From the NCBI GenBank assembly GCA_947306305.1, contig CAMZGI010000001.1, forward strand, positions 1,973-65,972: 64,000 nucleotides of DNA, written 5' to 3'. A program made the translations under genes and the position numbers. The notes under the pieces are model-generated. The model searched no databases and was not told the origin of the DNA. It saw nothing but the letters and a program-made list of their open reading frames with translations. This DNA is from an uncultured Fibrobacter sp. GTDB taxonomy: Bacteria; Fibrobacterota; Fibrobacteria; Fibrobacterales; Fibrobacteraceae. Positions 18,116 through 29,055 of the stretch are shown piece after piece; the first letter of the stretch is position 1; the number at the start of each line of letters is the position of its first letter.

Positions 18116-21100
18116 GCGGAAGTGTCGGAAGCAATATCGGCGGAATGAAAGCGGCGAAAGCCTGGGTCGAGCTTGTCGTCGATGACAGCAAGCTTACACG
18201 CGGGCTTGCGCGTTGCGAGCTTGAAATGCGGGCGTTTGCCAATAAGCTCACGAACATCGGCTCTCAAATGTTCGGTATGGGCGCGGCGATGCTCGCCCCT
18301 ATCGTGTATGCTGTCCGGCAGTTCGCCGAATTGGACGACACCCTCCGTCTCGTTCGCGCCGTGACGCGGGCAAGCTCGAAGGAGTTTGAACAGCTTTCTG
18401 ACAAGGCAAGGCTCATAGGCAAGACAACCTCGTTTACCTCACAGCAGGTCGCCGAAGCGATGGCGAACCTGGGACGCGCTGGTTTTGATCCGAAACAGAT
18501 CGACGGAATGATTAAGCACGTTATGAACCTCGCCCGTGCGACTCAAACGAACGTGTCGACCGCCGCCGAGATTACCGGGAACGCGATGCGGCAGTTCGGG
18601 TTGCAAGCGAAGGATACGCAGCGGATCGTCGATGTGATGACCGCCGCCGCAAACAACTCGTCGCAAACTCTGGAAGATATTGCCGTTTCGTTCAAATACG
18701 CCGCGCCTGTTGCCAAAGAGTTCGGAATGGCGATTGAGGAAGTCGCGTATTATGTCGGCGTCCTTGCGAACCAGGGGCTTAAAGGCGAAATGGCGGGTAC
18801 CTCCCTGCGAAACATTCTCGCCCGATTGGGCGGTGCTGACGTTCAGAAGCAGTTTGCAAGTCTCGGTATCGACCTGCGAGACCGCGCCAGCGGCAAGGTT
18901 AAAAGTTTGAGAACGCTTCTTGCGGAGGCTAACGCGGAAATGAACCGTCGCGGATGGGATGCGCTGACGCGGCAGGAATGGCTCCATAAGACGTTCGGGT
19001 TGCGTTCAATGTCCGGGGGTGCGAAACTGACCTCGGCGGGGGATCAGTATGTTAAGCTGTTCGAGGCAATTATGAACAGCGCGGGCGAAGCCGAACGAAC
19101 CGCGAAACAGATGGATGAAGGGATCGGCGGTGCTATCCGTATCACGATCTCCGCCTTGCAGGAGCTTGGGAACGTCATCGCGGAGTCGGTGACGGAAGAG
19201 CTTAAGGCTCTCGGCAAGTGGATTCAGCAGACCGCTAACCATCTGATAACTTTTTTCAAGTTCAATAAGCAGATTGTGGTTCAGTATGTCAAGCTCGGCG
19301 CGTCCCTTGCTCTTGTCGGCGCAAAGTTCTTTATGCTCGGCGCGGTCTTGCGCGTTATCGCCTCGATGTGGAATGGGATGAATTTCACGATTGCCGCGAC
19401 GATTGCCATTAACAAGAAGCTCGTGACCGCGTTCGGTTCAACGGTTATCGCCGTGCGCGGAATGACACGGGCGTTTATGCTTTCCCAGGGGGCGTCCGCC
19501 GTTTTTGCCCGTTCCGCCGCAGTTGTCACCGGGACGCTGACCGCGTGGCTCCCCGTGATCGGAGCCGTGACTCTTGCCCTCGGCGGGCTGTTCTATCTGT
19601 TCAAGCGGAACCGCGACTTGCGGCTCGAAACCGGGTCGCAGGAAAAGGCCGATGAACTGAAACGGGGATTTGCGGAGGACGAGCAGCAGTTGAGGAGACT
19701 TGCTGAAATTCAGAGGATGCAGGAGAAGTCAAACGACGATCTTGAAGAGGCGTCGAACATTATCTCCGACCTTCAAAAGAAGTACGGCGATCTCGGTCTG
19801 TCTGTCAACCGTGCGACGCGGGAAGTCGAAGGGCTTGTCGATGAGCAGAAGAAGCTGAACGAATTGAGGGATGAACAGAATCGGCGGGCTTACGCGGCGA
19901 ACAGCGCGGCCCTGGACGAGTTGGATGAGAATATCGAAAAGACGGAGAAAAAGCTTCAAGAAAAGTTCAATCATCTCGGTTTAAAGATAGACTGGTCTGT
20001 TCTCGGCGTGACGGAGAACGGAAGTTGGGACTACTTCAGGCCGAGCTTTGAGTTATTCAAAAAGGGGTTTGACGCGACAAAGGTTCTCGATAAATACGGC
20101 GAGGGATTTTTCGAGCGGGATGACTGGTTCGACATAATGGAGAAAGAGGGGGCGTTCCCCCTTCCCGCTTATCCCGGAAAGACGAGGTTCGTTCCCGACG
20201 TTTGGCATCACCGAAAAGACCTTCTCAAAAAGATGAGCGAGAAGGGGCAGCACCCGATCACGATAACTGACGCCAACGGGAATAGGATGGTTGTTCCTAT
20301 CGAGAATGAGGGGGACTGGAAAGACCTTGCCGGTTCTATGCAGGACTTGTATTTTAACTTAAAGGATATGCGTCAGAGACAGTTCGACATTCGCGGAGAG
20401 CAACGGCTCCGTAATTCCGGCGGATTCGTCGACCTGGACGACAGCGGCCTTGCGTCGGTCTCCCAGGAATACCCGGACAGGAGTTACCTTGCGCCGATCA
20501 ACATAAAGTCGGTCAGCGACGTTTTGAGAGAGGTGTACAGTCACCCGTACACGGGAATGAATGAGGGTAATTTCAGGGAGTACCGCTGGAATGTTTCTAA
20601 CGCGCTGACCCAGGTGCAGGATGAGCGGATAGCCAACGGTGAGGTTCTCTCGCAGATACAGGATAAAATGTCGGACGAGCATCCCGACCTTTACGCGAAA
20701 GGCGCGGGGTTCGCCGATGCTGATAATACCCGATATGGGCTGTTTGGTCAGCTAGGGTATCTCGGTGAGAACCGGCTCGGCGAAAGCCGGATCGGTAGCG
20801 CGGGCGACTTCACGCAGGCCGTTCAAAACCTCCGCTTCAGTCTTATCAGCAAGGCTGACGAGGGAGGCGAGGCGGAAAAGACGATGCGCCGCCTTATGCT
20901 CACGCGCCTGGATGAGTTCGAGCAGGCATACTTAAAAGCTCTTATGGACGGAACCGCCGTTGACTTTGATTTTTCAAAATGGAGTGATCTTGCCAGCTAT
21001 GAAGCGACGACCATTATCAAAGACCGTATTAAAGAGCTTTCCGACCAGTACAAGAAAACACAGAATGATATTCTGAACGGCTATATCGACGCGATTGACG

Positions 21101-23454
21101 AGGCGGGAAACAATGGATTTAAGATTTACGACGGAAAAGAGGATGGGAACGGAAACAAGACGTTCGTAAAGGACGAGACCGGCAAGGACAGGATTTTTAC
21201 CGAAGATGAACGGAAGTCCTATCTGAACGCAAAGGCGAACGAGGCGACGGAAAGCCTCGAAGAGATGATTAGCCTCCTTGCGCGGATCGGCGATGTTGTG
21301 ACAGCCCAAGAGCGGTTTTCGGAAAGCGTATCGAGCGAGGAAACTTTGCGACGCACGCAGAACCGTACGCACGAGGACTTGTTGGAAATCATACGGAAGA
21401 TGGATCGCAACTATGAACTTGCGAAGTATCAGATTGAAAGCCAGGACGGTTTAGGAAACGAATATGAGGATAGCCGGAATAGGCTTCTGGATAGGCGGCA
21501 GGCCGCACTTAACACGATTGACAAGAGAGCCGAAGAGAAAATACAAGCAGGCGAAGATCGTGAGGAAGTCGAACGGTGGCGCAGACGCGAACGGGCCAAG
21601 ACTGCAAAGGAATACGAAGAGCTTGAAAAGGCGAAAGATTGGGAATACGGAATTTTCCGTAGCTCGGCTCCGAAAGAGGAGGCTCCCGAATGGTATGAGG
21701 ATTTGAAGGACGACGCAAAAGAACGGAAATATAATAAGAAAAATAAAGCAAAAGAGGAAGCTCTGAAAGAGGATCAGGAATATTTCGGCAAGGTTGCCGA
21801 CAGGCCGTTCCGTATTGAAGGAACCGATGAGGCAATCGGCGACTATGTTGAAAATCCGTCGTTCTCCGATGCGACTGAAAAACAGTATGAAGAAGAACGC
21901 AAAAAGGCGGAGATGCCGCTTTTGAATATGAAGAAGGGGGATATTCTTTCCGCGCTGAAAGACGGGCTGTTAGACAAGAGCGCGTTCTCTAGCGGTCTTA
22001 TGCAGAAGCAGAGCGGCGATTTTGCGATTGAAGATGTCGTTGCCTATCGCGGGCAGACTTACAATCTTGCGCCGGACGGCGTTTACCGTCCGTTAGCGGA
22101 GCCGTGGGAGGAGCGCGTTCTGTCTCACGATACGCATAAGAATCATATCACCGAGCGCGAGGATGCGGTCGAGGAGATTGTTAAGCCGGAAAAACCGTCG
22201 AGCATTAAACCGACCGAACCTGTTGGGATTGACGTTCAGGAAGTCGCCGAAGATATAGGATCGAACGCCGTTCAGGCCGCAGAGGAAATTGATGATAACA
22301 AAAAGCTTTCCGAAAAGGAAGCTGCCCGTATGTTCCCCTGGGAAGAACTCATTGACAAGGCGAACCTGCCGGAAGAACTCGACAATATGGCAAAACTCTA
22401 TTTCGGCGGGAATATCGCAAAGCGGATCGAGGCGAATCCGACCGCCGCAAACGTCCGTGACTACCGGAAGCTTCTCGACGATTTTTTGAGAATATACAAA
22501 GAGGCTGATGAGAGCGACGAATACGGCGTTTATGCCCAGGAGTATCTTGAAACCTTAATGTCGAGAACGCCTATCGTTTCGTCGAACGAGCCGAAGGTTG
22601 TGAACGGCATTAAACGCAAGGAGGCGGCACGGGACTTTGAGGGCAAGCTTGTCGAAGAGGTCTACAAGTCGCAGTCGCACGGCAGGAAACTTGCCGACCG
22701 GGAAGATCGGCTCCAGATCGGGCAGTCGGTAGAGGCGAGTCCTTTCGGCGAAGGAATGAATATCCGATATTGGCCTGGGGGTGCAGGGAAAACCCGGAAG
22801 GAAATTCTCCGCAGAGCGCGGATGGAGAAGAACGACCGCCGATACCGAACCAATACGACTGGATGGGACGAGGAGAACGCCCGTATTCAGCAGGAGATCA
22901 ATCAGAAGGAATACGAAAAAAGCGTTGCAAGCCGTGTTGGCAACGAAGGTATGGCGAAGTCTCTGGACGCTGACATTAAAAGTCTCGAACGGGACAAGGT
23001 TGCCAATGAATACGGCAAAGCCGTCTCTAATATCAACCGACTGGAAAAGCGCAGAAGGATCGACGCACGGCAGTACGAAAAGGATTCGCGCAAACTCCGC
23101 GTGGCAGAGAGGAAGCTTGCCCGTGCCGAACGAAAAGGCGATGAGGATAAGATCAAGAAGGCAGAGGCGGAAGTTCAGGCTTTGAAAGATAAAAGGCAGC
23201 AGTCGCTTGAAAGTGCGTGGAAGTCTAATAAAGATTACACCGACGCCGCTCTAATGATAAACGCCTATCAAACGGCGGGTATTCGCCCGTTATGGGACGT
23301 AAACCAGAGCCTATCGTCAAGAGGCACGTTCGACGCCTACGAAACGCAGGGTCAGGGGCTTTCGACGATGACATCGGAAATGAAAGAGCAGACGACGATC
23401 CTCTCCAATATCGAGGACTACGTTGCGGATATGGCAAACGGGGAGTATTTGTAA
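18112..23454 (+). CDS. Tail tape measure protein (TP901 family core)
   Basis: 1780 aa; TTSFT..QVAEAM..LGRAGF, FKYAAP, GEMAGTSLR; hydrophobic mid-segment. Confidence 0.93.
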   Translation: MSGSVGSNIGGMKAAKAWVELVVDDSKLTRGLARCELEMRAFANKLTNIGSQMFGMGAAMLAPIVYAVRQFAELDDTLRLVRAVTRASSKEFEQLSDKARLIGKTTSFTSQQVAEAMANLGRAGFDPKQIDGMIKHVMNLARATQTNVSTAAEITGNAMRQFGLQAKDTQRIVDVMTAAANNSSQTLEDIAVSFKYAAPVAKEFGMAIEEVAYYVGVLANQGLKGEMAGTSLRNILARLGGADVQKQFASLGIDLRDRASGKVKSLRTLLAEANAEMNRRGWDALTRQEWLHKTFGLRSMSGGAKLTSAGDQYVKLFEAIMNSAGEAERTAKQMDEGIGGAIRITISALQELGNVIAESVTEELKALGKWIQQTANHLITFFKFNKQIVVQYVKLGASLALVGAKFFMLGAVLRVIASMWNGMNFTIAATIAINKKLVTAFGSTVIAVRGMTRAFMLSQGASAVFARSAAVVTGTLTAWLPVIGAVTLALGGLFYLFKRNRDLRLETGSQEKADELKRGFAEDEQQLRRLAEIQRMQEKSNDDLEEASNIISDLQKKYGDLGLSVNRATREVEGLVDEQKKLNELRDEQNRRAYAANSAALDELDENIEKTEKKLQEKFNHLGLKIDWSVLGVTENGSWDYFRPSFELFKKGFDATKVLDKYGEGFFERDDWFDIMEKEGAFPLPAYPGKTRFVPDVWHHRKDLLKKMSEKGQHPITITDANGNRMVVPIENEGDWKDLAGSMQDLYFNLKDMRQRQFDIRGEQRLRNSGGFVDLDDSGLASVSQEYPDRSYLAPINIKSVSDVLREVYSHPYTGMNEGNFREYRWNVSNALTQVQDERIANGEVLSQIQDKMSDEHPDLYAKGAGFADADNTRYGLFGQLGYLGENRLGESRIGSAGDFTQAVQNLRFSLISKADEGGEAEKTMRRLMLTRLDEFEQAYLKALMDGTAVDFDFSKWSDLASYEATTIIKDRIKELSDQYKKTQNDILNGYIDAIDEAGNNGFKIYDGKEDGNGNKTFVKDETGKDRIFTEDERKSYLNAKANEATESLEEMISLLARIGDVVTAQERFSESVSSEETLRRTQNRTHEDLLEIIRKMDRNYELAKYQIESQDGLGNEYEDSRNRLLDRRQAALNTIDKRAEEKIQAGEDREEVERWRRRERAKTAKEYEELEKAKDWEYGIFRSSAPKEEAPEWYEDLKDDAKERKYNKKNKAKEEALKEDQEYFGKVADRPFRIEGTDEAIGDYVENPSFSDATEKQYEEERKKAEMPLLNMKKGDILSALKDGLLDKSAFSSGLMQKQSGDFAIEDVVAYRGQTYNLAPDGVYRPLAEPWEERVLSHDTHKNHITEREDAVEEIVKPEKPSSIKPTEPVGIDVQEVAEDIGSNAVQAAEEIDDNKKLSEKEAARMFPWEELIDKANLPEELDNMAKLYFGGNIAKRIEANPTAANVRDYRKLLDDFLRIYKEADESDEYGVYAQEYLETLMSRTPIVSSNEPKVVNGIKRKEAARDFEGKLVEEVYKSQSHGRKLADREDRLQIGQSVEASPFGEGMNIRYWPGGAGKTRKEILRRARMEKNDRRYRTNTTGWDEENARIQQEINQKEYEKSVASRVGNEGMAKSLDADIKSLERDKVANEYGKAVSNINRLEKRRRIDARQYEKDSRKLRVAERKLARAERKGDEDKIKKAEAEVQALKDKRQQSLESAWKSNKDYTDAALMINAYQTAGIRPLWDVNQSLSSRGTFDAYETQGQGLSTMTSEMKEQTTILSNIEDYVADMANGEYL

Positions 23455-24438
23455 ATGAAGTTTAAAGACGTGTTCCAAGATGGGATGAATGTTGACTCCC
23501 CTCAATTCGAGGTTTCGTATAATCAGAACCCGAAAGAGGCGGGCGGGAAGTCAACGGCGACAATCGACCTTAAAATCGCCTACGAGCTTACCAATCCTCC
23601 CGACGTGTCGGCGGCGGATATGACCGCCGTAAAGAACCTTGCCTATCAATGGCTCCGGGATCAGAACAAGCTCTATCTTCCCGTCATAGGCGATGTGGGC
23701 GGTATGGGAATGAGCCTTAAATCCATTTCCGCAAAGCCGATCCCCGGCACCGATATTTGGGAAGTCTCCTGCAAATACGACGACTCGCGGAGCAGTAACG
23801 GGTCGGATCAGGAGCTTCAGCTTAAAAACTTCCAATTCTCTACGCAGGGGCGCACGTCCCATATTCAGCAGTCGCTTTATACCGTTGAAAGTCACGACGC
23901 CTGGGGAGGCACGGGGTGGGATTTCGCGGGCGGTATCGGCTGGAATGACGGGGAGTTTTCCGGGGTCGATGTGAAACGGCCCAATCTCACGTTTCAGCGG
24001 GACATCTGGATTCTGGAAGGCAATCTCGATTTTTCGCTTATCCGCAGTCTCGCCGAGTTTACCGGCAGCGTGAACGAAGATTATTTCTACGGTTTCGAGC
24101 CGGGAACGGTTCTCTTTACCGGGGTCTCCCAGGGGCAGAGAGCGACGCTGAATTTCGGCGACTCGAAGATTCTCTACTGGAATATCACCCTCGCGTTTGA
24201 GACTTCTCCGGGCGCGTGGATCACGTTCGGATCGTCCGAGTTCTATAAGCGCGGATGGGACTATATCTGGTATTTGCAGAACAAAACCGTATTGTCGTCC
24301 GACTACGGCAAGATCGTCGCAAGGACTCCTGTTCAGGCGACCGTCGAACAGGTCTATCCGTACAGGCCGTTCGTTCCCTATTTCGGTTTCGGCTATGATG
24401 ATTCCCTGGTGACGGGAGAGGGCTTCTTCAATGGGTGA
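23455..24438 (+). CDS. Tail tip/hub protein
   Basis: Directly after TMP; GSVN..FYGFEPGTVLF, KRGWDYIW. Confidence 0.6.
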   Translation: MKFKDVFQDGMNVDSPQFEVSYNQNPKEAGGKSTATIDLKIAYELTNPPDVSAADMTAVKNLAYQWLRDQNKLYLPVIGDVGGMGMSLKSISAKPIPGTDIWEVSCKYDDSRSSNGSDQELQLKNFQFSTQGRTSHIQQSLYTVESHDAWGGTGWDFAGGIGWNDGEFSGVDVKRPNLTFQRDIWILEGNLDFSLIRSLAEFTGSVNEDYFYGFEPGTVLFTGVSQGQRATLNFGDSKILYWNITLAFETSPGAWITFGSSEFYKRGWDYIWYLQNKTVLSSDYGKIVARTPVQATVEQVYPYRPFVPYFGFGYDDSLVTGEGFFNG

Positions 24439-25147
24439 GAGAATTAAACGTGCTGATGTTGCCAGTTTTATCCGCAGTTGGAAAGGAGGGGAGTTTGACG
24501 CCCTGGGAGGTGGAGTAGTCCGACCGACCGTTAAAAAAATCTATGTCAAGATTTCTGGCAATTCCATTGACGTAGGCGATCCGATACAAATTACAGGTAT
24601 CACAAGTGACAATCTTTCCGTTGATGAATTTTTACAATATTATCTGACGAATGGTTTTCTTTTAAAAGGCTCCAAGCTTACTACTTCTCTTAGCTTAAAT
24701 ACCGTTGTTGCTATTGCAGAAGAACCAGCCAATGCAGAAGGAGTTTGTGAAGCATCAATACAAGGATTATATTTCGGACGCTACAACCATAGTGGAAATG
24801 AAACTTTGTCTCGTGTTTCGTTGGGAACGTCTAGTAAATTTAAATACGATCCGCTTGGCAATTATATTGTTGTAGATAAATCAAGCAAAGATGAAGAAAA
24901 TAACGGGTACGCTGTTTTGCTATATGACCCATTGATAGGGCCGTTTGAAGGAGTGTACAGAATAGGGACTCACAACTCTTGCACGGAATCAACGAACCAC
25001 GTTCATTTGGACGGATTGCCTAACGTGATTATTAAAAGCGTTACTGTTCCTCTCGGAAGTCTGGAAAGCGGAACGAATGTGTTGATTATGAAAAACCGCA
25101 CGACTGACGGATGGATGGTTACTGAAGCGGCGTGTCCGAGCGAGTAA
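24431..25147 (+). CDS. Putative tail tip protein
   Basis: Coupled ORF; ends W.V.EAAC; AT-rich. Confidence 0.5.
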   Translation: MGERIKRADVASFIRSWKGGEFDALGGGVVRPTVKKIYVKISGNSIDVGDPIQITGITSDNLSVDEFLQYYLTNGFLLKGSKLTTSLSLNTVVAIAEEPANAEGVCEASIQGLYFGRYNHSGNETLSRVSLGTSSKFKYDPLGNYIVVDKSSKDEENNGYAVLLYDPLIGPFEGVYRIGTHNSCTESTNHVHLDGLPNVIIKSVTVPLGSLESGTNVLIMKNRTTDGWMVTEAACPSE

Positions 25148-25150
25148 ACT

Positions 25151-26182
25151 ATGGCATATAGGTTTTCTGTTGGTTGCTGTTGTGACAAGGAAATTAAAAC
25201 CTGCGAAGAGCTAATTGAAGCAGGCGGCCCGTTCCCTAACATAACCTGGGGTGACGCTACCACGGTTATGGAAGAAGGGAAGTTGCAAACTGGGTCTGAC
25301 AATCAGTATGGGTTTTTATGGCTATGTAGCACGGAAAGTTGGATATATGAACAGGATTTTCAAGGTGTATCAACAAGTCCGTTTGCCACTCAACAGTATC
25401 GTACATATTTTTCAGACGGCGTTGCAGAGCTTCGTGAGAACGGAAACCTGTTGGCATCATATTCTTACGGGCAAGGCCCTGATGGATACACTTTATTTGC
25501 AGACGAAGATATTGCACGTTTCGAAGCTATCGGGAGAACGATGTACGCAACGTGGGTTAAGTGTTCAGATAAACGACAAACGTATTATATAGACGCAAGC
25601 CAAGTTCAGAATAAACGCTATGCAGTTACCGTTACCGGGGTTCGGTATGAAATTACACTTGACTCTGTGTCAACTGACCAAAACAATCGTTATCCTGTTC
25701 CCAGACAAAATGGTGAAACTGAAACTCAATGGGTCAATAGGGCTGTTGCTGGACACAGTAGTGTGTGGGTCGGTTACGGTGTTAGATTATACGGACATAT
25801 TGATTTAGAAGTAACGCCGTGTGATTTTTCACAGTTTGTTCCCAACGCAACAATATATAAACGATGGATCAAAATTGTTGTACTCAACCAAGATTTTCAA
25901 TATAATACCTGGTCTGTATTAGGAGACGACGGCAGTTGGCACGACAGGATTCGCCAATGGTTTTTGGTTGACGAAAACGGATTATGCGTCACGGAATGGT
26001 CTGCCAGGTTTTCGACATTATGGCATAAAGTCCATTTATACAATTCAGAGGGCCATAATTATGAAACATACAAAACTATTAGCGAAGAACAGGCTGAATC
26101 AGATTTGATTACCGAAGTTGCAAAGGTGAACGAAAACCCTAGACCGCCAATGGTATCAGAATTTGTAATGTATAATGATTAG
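25151..26182 (+). CDS. Putative tail/receptor-binding protein with N-terminal CCC motif
   Basis: 343-aa ORF, VGCCC, aromatic-rich, AT-rich. Confidence 0.45.
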   Translation: MAYRFSVGCCCDKEIKTCEELIEAGGPFPNITWGDATTVMEEGKLQTGSDNQYGFLWLCSTESWIYEQDFQGVSTSPFATQQYRTYFSDGVAELRENGNLLASYSYGQGPDGYTLFADEDIARFEAIGRTMYATWVKCSDKRQTYYIDASQVQNKRYAVTVTGVRYEITLDSVSTDQNNRYPVPRQNGETETQWVNRAVAGHSSVWVGYGVRLYGHIDLEVTPCDFSQFVPNATIYKRWIKIVVLNQDFQYNTWSVLGDDGSWHDRIRQWFLVDENGLCVTEWSARFSTLWHKVHLYNSEGHNYETYKTISEEQAESDLITEVAKVNENPRPPMVSEFVMYND

Positions 26183-26432
26183 TACGTTATGTAAATACGC
26201 CGAACCAACTAAACACGAGTGGTTGCCGACCGCCAGGAAATGCCAGGTTTGGCATTGTTATAGGCCATTAGACGATCAGCAGGTAGCCCACGGTCACGTC
26301 CGATACGCTACCGTAAACGATGAACCGAACGGGCAAATAATAAATGACGCGGGCTATATATGCGTCAGGCATATATATTGTAATCCGTCTTGCTATTGCT
26401 ATGAACAGACTAACGATTCAGCCGCCCGCTGA
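26175..26432 (+). CDS. Small Cys-rich protein
   Basis: Coupled ORF with several Cys. Confidence 0.45.
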   Translation: MISTLCKYAEPTKHEWLPTARKCQVWHCYRPLDDQQVAHGHVRYATVNDEPNGQIINDAGYICVRHIYCNPSCYCYEQTNDSAAR

Positions 26433-26461
26433 ACAGCCGTTCCATACACGGAGACCAACCA

Positions 26462-28165
26462 ATGAAAATAACCGATTTTAAAATCTACCTCATTAACCTC
26501 GACCGCAGACCTGACCGATACGAGAGTTTTTTGAAAAGCGTCGAACCGCTCGGCCTGCCGGAAATTGAACGTGTCTCGGCGGTTGACGGAAAAGCCGTTG
26601 AACTGCCCAAAGACTGGCGGAACGGCTCACCGGGCGGATGGGGGTGCTTAAAGTCGCATTGGAATATCATCGAAAAAGCCTATGCCGAAAACATCTCGTA
26701 TATTATGATCTTTGAGGACGACGCGGAGCTTCTTGCCGACCGCGAGGCTCTCGATCAGACCCTTGCCGAACTGCCCGAAGATTGGGAACAATTCTATCTG
26801 GGATGTCAGCATTTCTACCAGTCAAAAAAACCGCCTGTCCGAATATCCGATCATCTTGTTATCCCATATAACGCTAACAGGACGCACGCGTACGCCTTAT
26901 CGCGCACGGGTATGGAGAAAGCTCTTGGGCTGTTAAACGATTATCCTAACTGGCAGAAGGGGTGGCATATTGATTGGGCTTATGGCTCCCTGCACGAAAG
27001 CGGAAAAATTAAAGCCTATGCGGCCTATCCGCCTCTGTTCGGTCAGGCTGCCGGATTAAGCGATATTAACGGCGCGGATAATAATAAACTCGCATGGAAG
27101 CCGGTTAAAATCCGCGACACCCGGACAGGAAGCGTTGCGGTTGTTTCAGATCGTGTAGGTTACGGCAAATTCGATATAAAGATTCCCGATATTTTTGACC
27201 GTGAAATTTACGACGGGTTCTTCGCTCACGCGCCTAGCGAGGTGAAGATCATCGTCAGCGAGCCGACAGAAGTTTTCGCCGCGCACGGGGTTAAGGAGAC
27301 TTCCTGGAAACCTTCTTTTGCGGTTATCGACGAGAAGAGTATCGGATGGGTTACAGCTAAGGGTGAAACGACTCAAACTTATGCTCTCGAACCGGGCGAG
27401 CATACCCTCGAATTTGTCACTAGCGACAACCGCGCCGCTCATACCTACTGGATTTTCCGGCCGCTTTCCCGACTCCCGTATCGTGAAGGTGCGTTATTTG
27501 AAATTTTCTCGAATGGAAAATGCAATAGAAAATGCCCGTGTTGTAATCAGCAAAAGACTATGGCGGATATGCCGGAGTATGAATATACTGCCCAAAACGC
27601 GGAGAGGCTTGTTTCCGTCTTGACCAGGAACATCAGCCTGATTTTCAGCGGCGGGGAACCGTCCCTGCTCGGCATCAAAGAGTGGACGCCGATTCTTGAC
27701 GTGTTCCGAAACTCCGGCAAAATCGACCGGATTGAGATTACAACCAGCAACGACAATGAAAACTGGATCGCGTTCGCGTTAAAGAATTTCGACAAGATTC
27801 ATCTTTCGCACCGCCCGTCAATGGGCTGGACTCTGAACGACCGTCCCGATTACCTGAAAGGTGTTGAAGTGTGGAATACCGACAATCATTGTATCTGGCC
27901 GGTGACGCGGTTCAGCGAATTTCCTAAATGCTGCTGCACCAACGTCGGAGTTCACGCCGCGATATTCGGAGACACCGTTGCTCCGTGCGTTCTCGCTCAC
28001 GAGCTTGCGATTAGAAAGCCCGATACCGTTCCCGCCCCAATCCCGCTTGAAGATTATTTCACCGGGAAGAGGTCGTTTACTCCCATCGGAACATACGAGG
28101 CTTGCCGGTGGTGCGTCAACAATGACCGTTACCGGGAGAAAACAAGGAAAGTTCCGACTGTGTAG
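26462..28165 (+). CDS. Glycosyltransferase family 25 fused to radical-SAM-like domain
   Basis: INLDRRPDR, SAVDG, GCLKSH, IFEDDA, HAYALS (GT25); CNRKCPCC, SGGEP and C-terminal Cys cluster (radical SAM/SPASM-like). Confidence 0.8.
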   Translation: MKITDFKIYLINLDRRPDRYESFLKSVEPLGLPEIERVSAVDGKAVELPKDWRNGSPGGWGCLKSHWNIIEKAYAENISYIMIFEDDAELLADREALDQTLAELPEDWEQFYLGCQHFYQSKKPPVRISDHLVIPYNANRTHAYALSRTGMEKALGLLNDYPNWQKGWHIDWAYGSLHESGKIKAYAAYPPLFGQAAGLSDINGADNNKLAWKPVKIRDTRTGSVAVVSDRVGYGKFDIKIPDIFDREIYDGFFAHAPSEVKIIVSEPTEVFAAHGVKETSWKPSFAVIDEKSIGWVTAKGETTQTYALEPGEHTLEFVTSDNRAAHTYWIFRPLSRLPYREGALFEIFSNGKCNRKCPCCNQQKTMADMPEYEYTAQNAERLVSVLTRNISLIFSGGEPSLLGIKEWTPILDVFRNSGKIDRIEITTSNDNENWIAFALKNFDKIHLSHRPSMGWTLNDRPDYLKGVEVWNTDNHCIWPVTRFSEFPKCCCTNVGVHAAIFGDTVAPCVLAHELAIRKPDTVPAPIPLEDYFTGKRSFTPIGTYEACRWCVNNDRYREKTRKVPTV

Positions 28166-28174
28166 GCCGTATCG

Positions 28175-28501
28175 TTACTCAAGCTTGCCATAGTCCTCCG
28201 GGTTCCTTCTCCATTCCCGGAGCCAGCCGTTATTGAAAATAAATCTCATATACTCGCAAAATCCGGCGTGGACTTCGGTGCAAAACTCATCATCGTCCAG
28301 CCTTCCGATTCTTTCGAGTTCCTTCCTGATTCCGTCCTGAAAGCAGTCCATTGTTTTTTGAATGACCTGTTCAGCTTCAATCACACATTCTTTTTTCGTC
28401 CGAGATTCATCGGAATAGATTGTGATTGAACCAAAATAGTGCATAGGCTCTCCGGTGTAATCAGAGGCTTGTTTTGCAACGTGACGAGTGTTCTTACTCA
28501 T
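28175..28501 (-). CDS. Hypothetical protein
   Basis: Coupled to MT-A70 gene. Confidence 0.55.
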   Translation of the reverse strand: MSKNTRHVAKQASDYTGEPMHYFGSITIYSDESRTKKECVIEAEQVIQKTMDCFQDGIRKELERIGRLDDDEFCTEVHAGFCEYMRFIFNNGWLREWRRNPEDYGKLE

Positions 28502-29055
28502 ACCTCATCTCCCCAACAATCCCAACCTTCCGCCTCTCTTCGCGCAAACAGTTCTATCCGTTTCGTCCCCGCTCCGAACAGTCTTTCGATCCGTTCCATA
28601 ACCTCAAACGGTTTGACGGAATGACCGCGCCGGGGGGCGGTTACGATCTGCGGAACCGTCTTATCGGCCGACTTGATGTGGCCGCGCATCCCCAGGAGAC
28701 AAAGCTCGGCGTTCGCTTTGGTATATGACCCCATCCCGGCAATCGGCTGACCGTCTTTCCTCACTTTCACCCAGGTGAACGCGCACGTCTTATACTTGAA
28801 CCCCCAGGCGTCCATCACTTTAAAGGCGTTCGGCAGACACGGCATCGTGATCCACAAAAACAGGGCGCAGTTTTTGTTCCGCAGGCGTTTAATCACCGGC
28901 CCCATCGCGCAAATTTCCTCGACGCTCATCGTCTTGTAGTGCTTTTCCGGGCAGAAGTTACCGCCGTGCTTTCCTTTGCCCCATAGATATGCCCAGGGGG
29001 GATCGGCGTAAATTATATCGTAGGAGTGGGCTGTTTGGAATATATCAATCTTCAT
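28498..29055 (-). CDS. MT-A70 family DNA adenine methyltransferase
   Basis: IYADPPW, LFLW, WGFKYKT, HSVKP, IELFAR, GWDCWGDE. Confidence 0.92.
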   Translation of the reverse strand: MKIDIFQTAHSYDIIYADPPWAYLWGKGKHGGNFCPEKHYKTMSVEEICAMGPVIKRLRNKNCALFLWITMPCLPNAFKVMDAWGFKYKTCAFTWVKVRKDGQPIAGMGSYTKANAELCLLGMRGHIKSADKTVPQIVTAPRRGHSVKPFEVMERIERLFGAGTKRIELFARREAEGWDCWGDEV

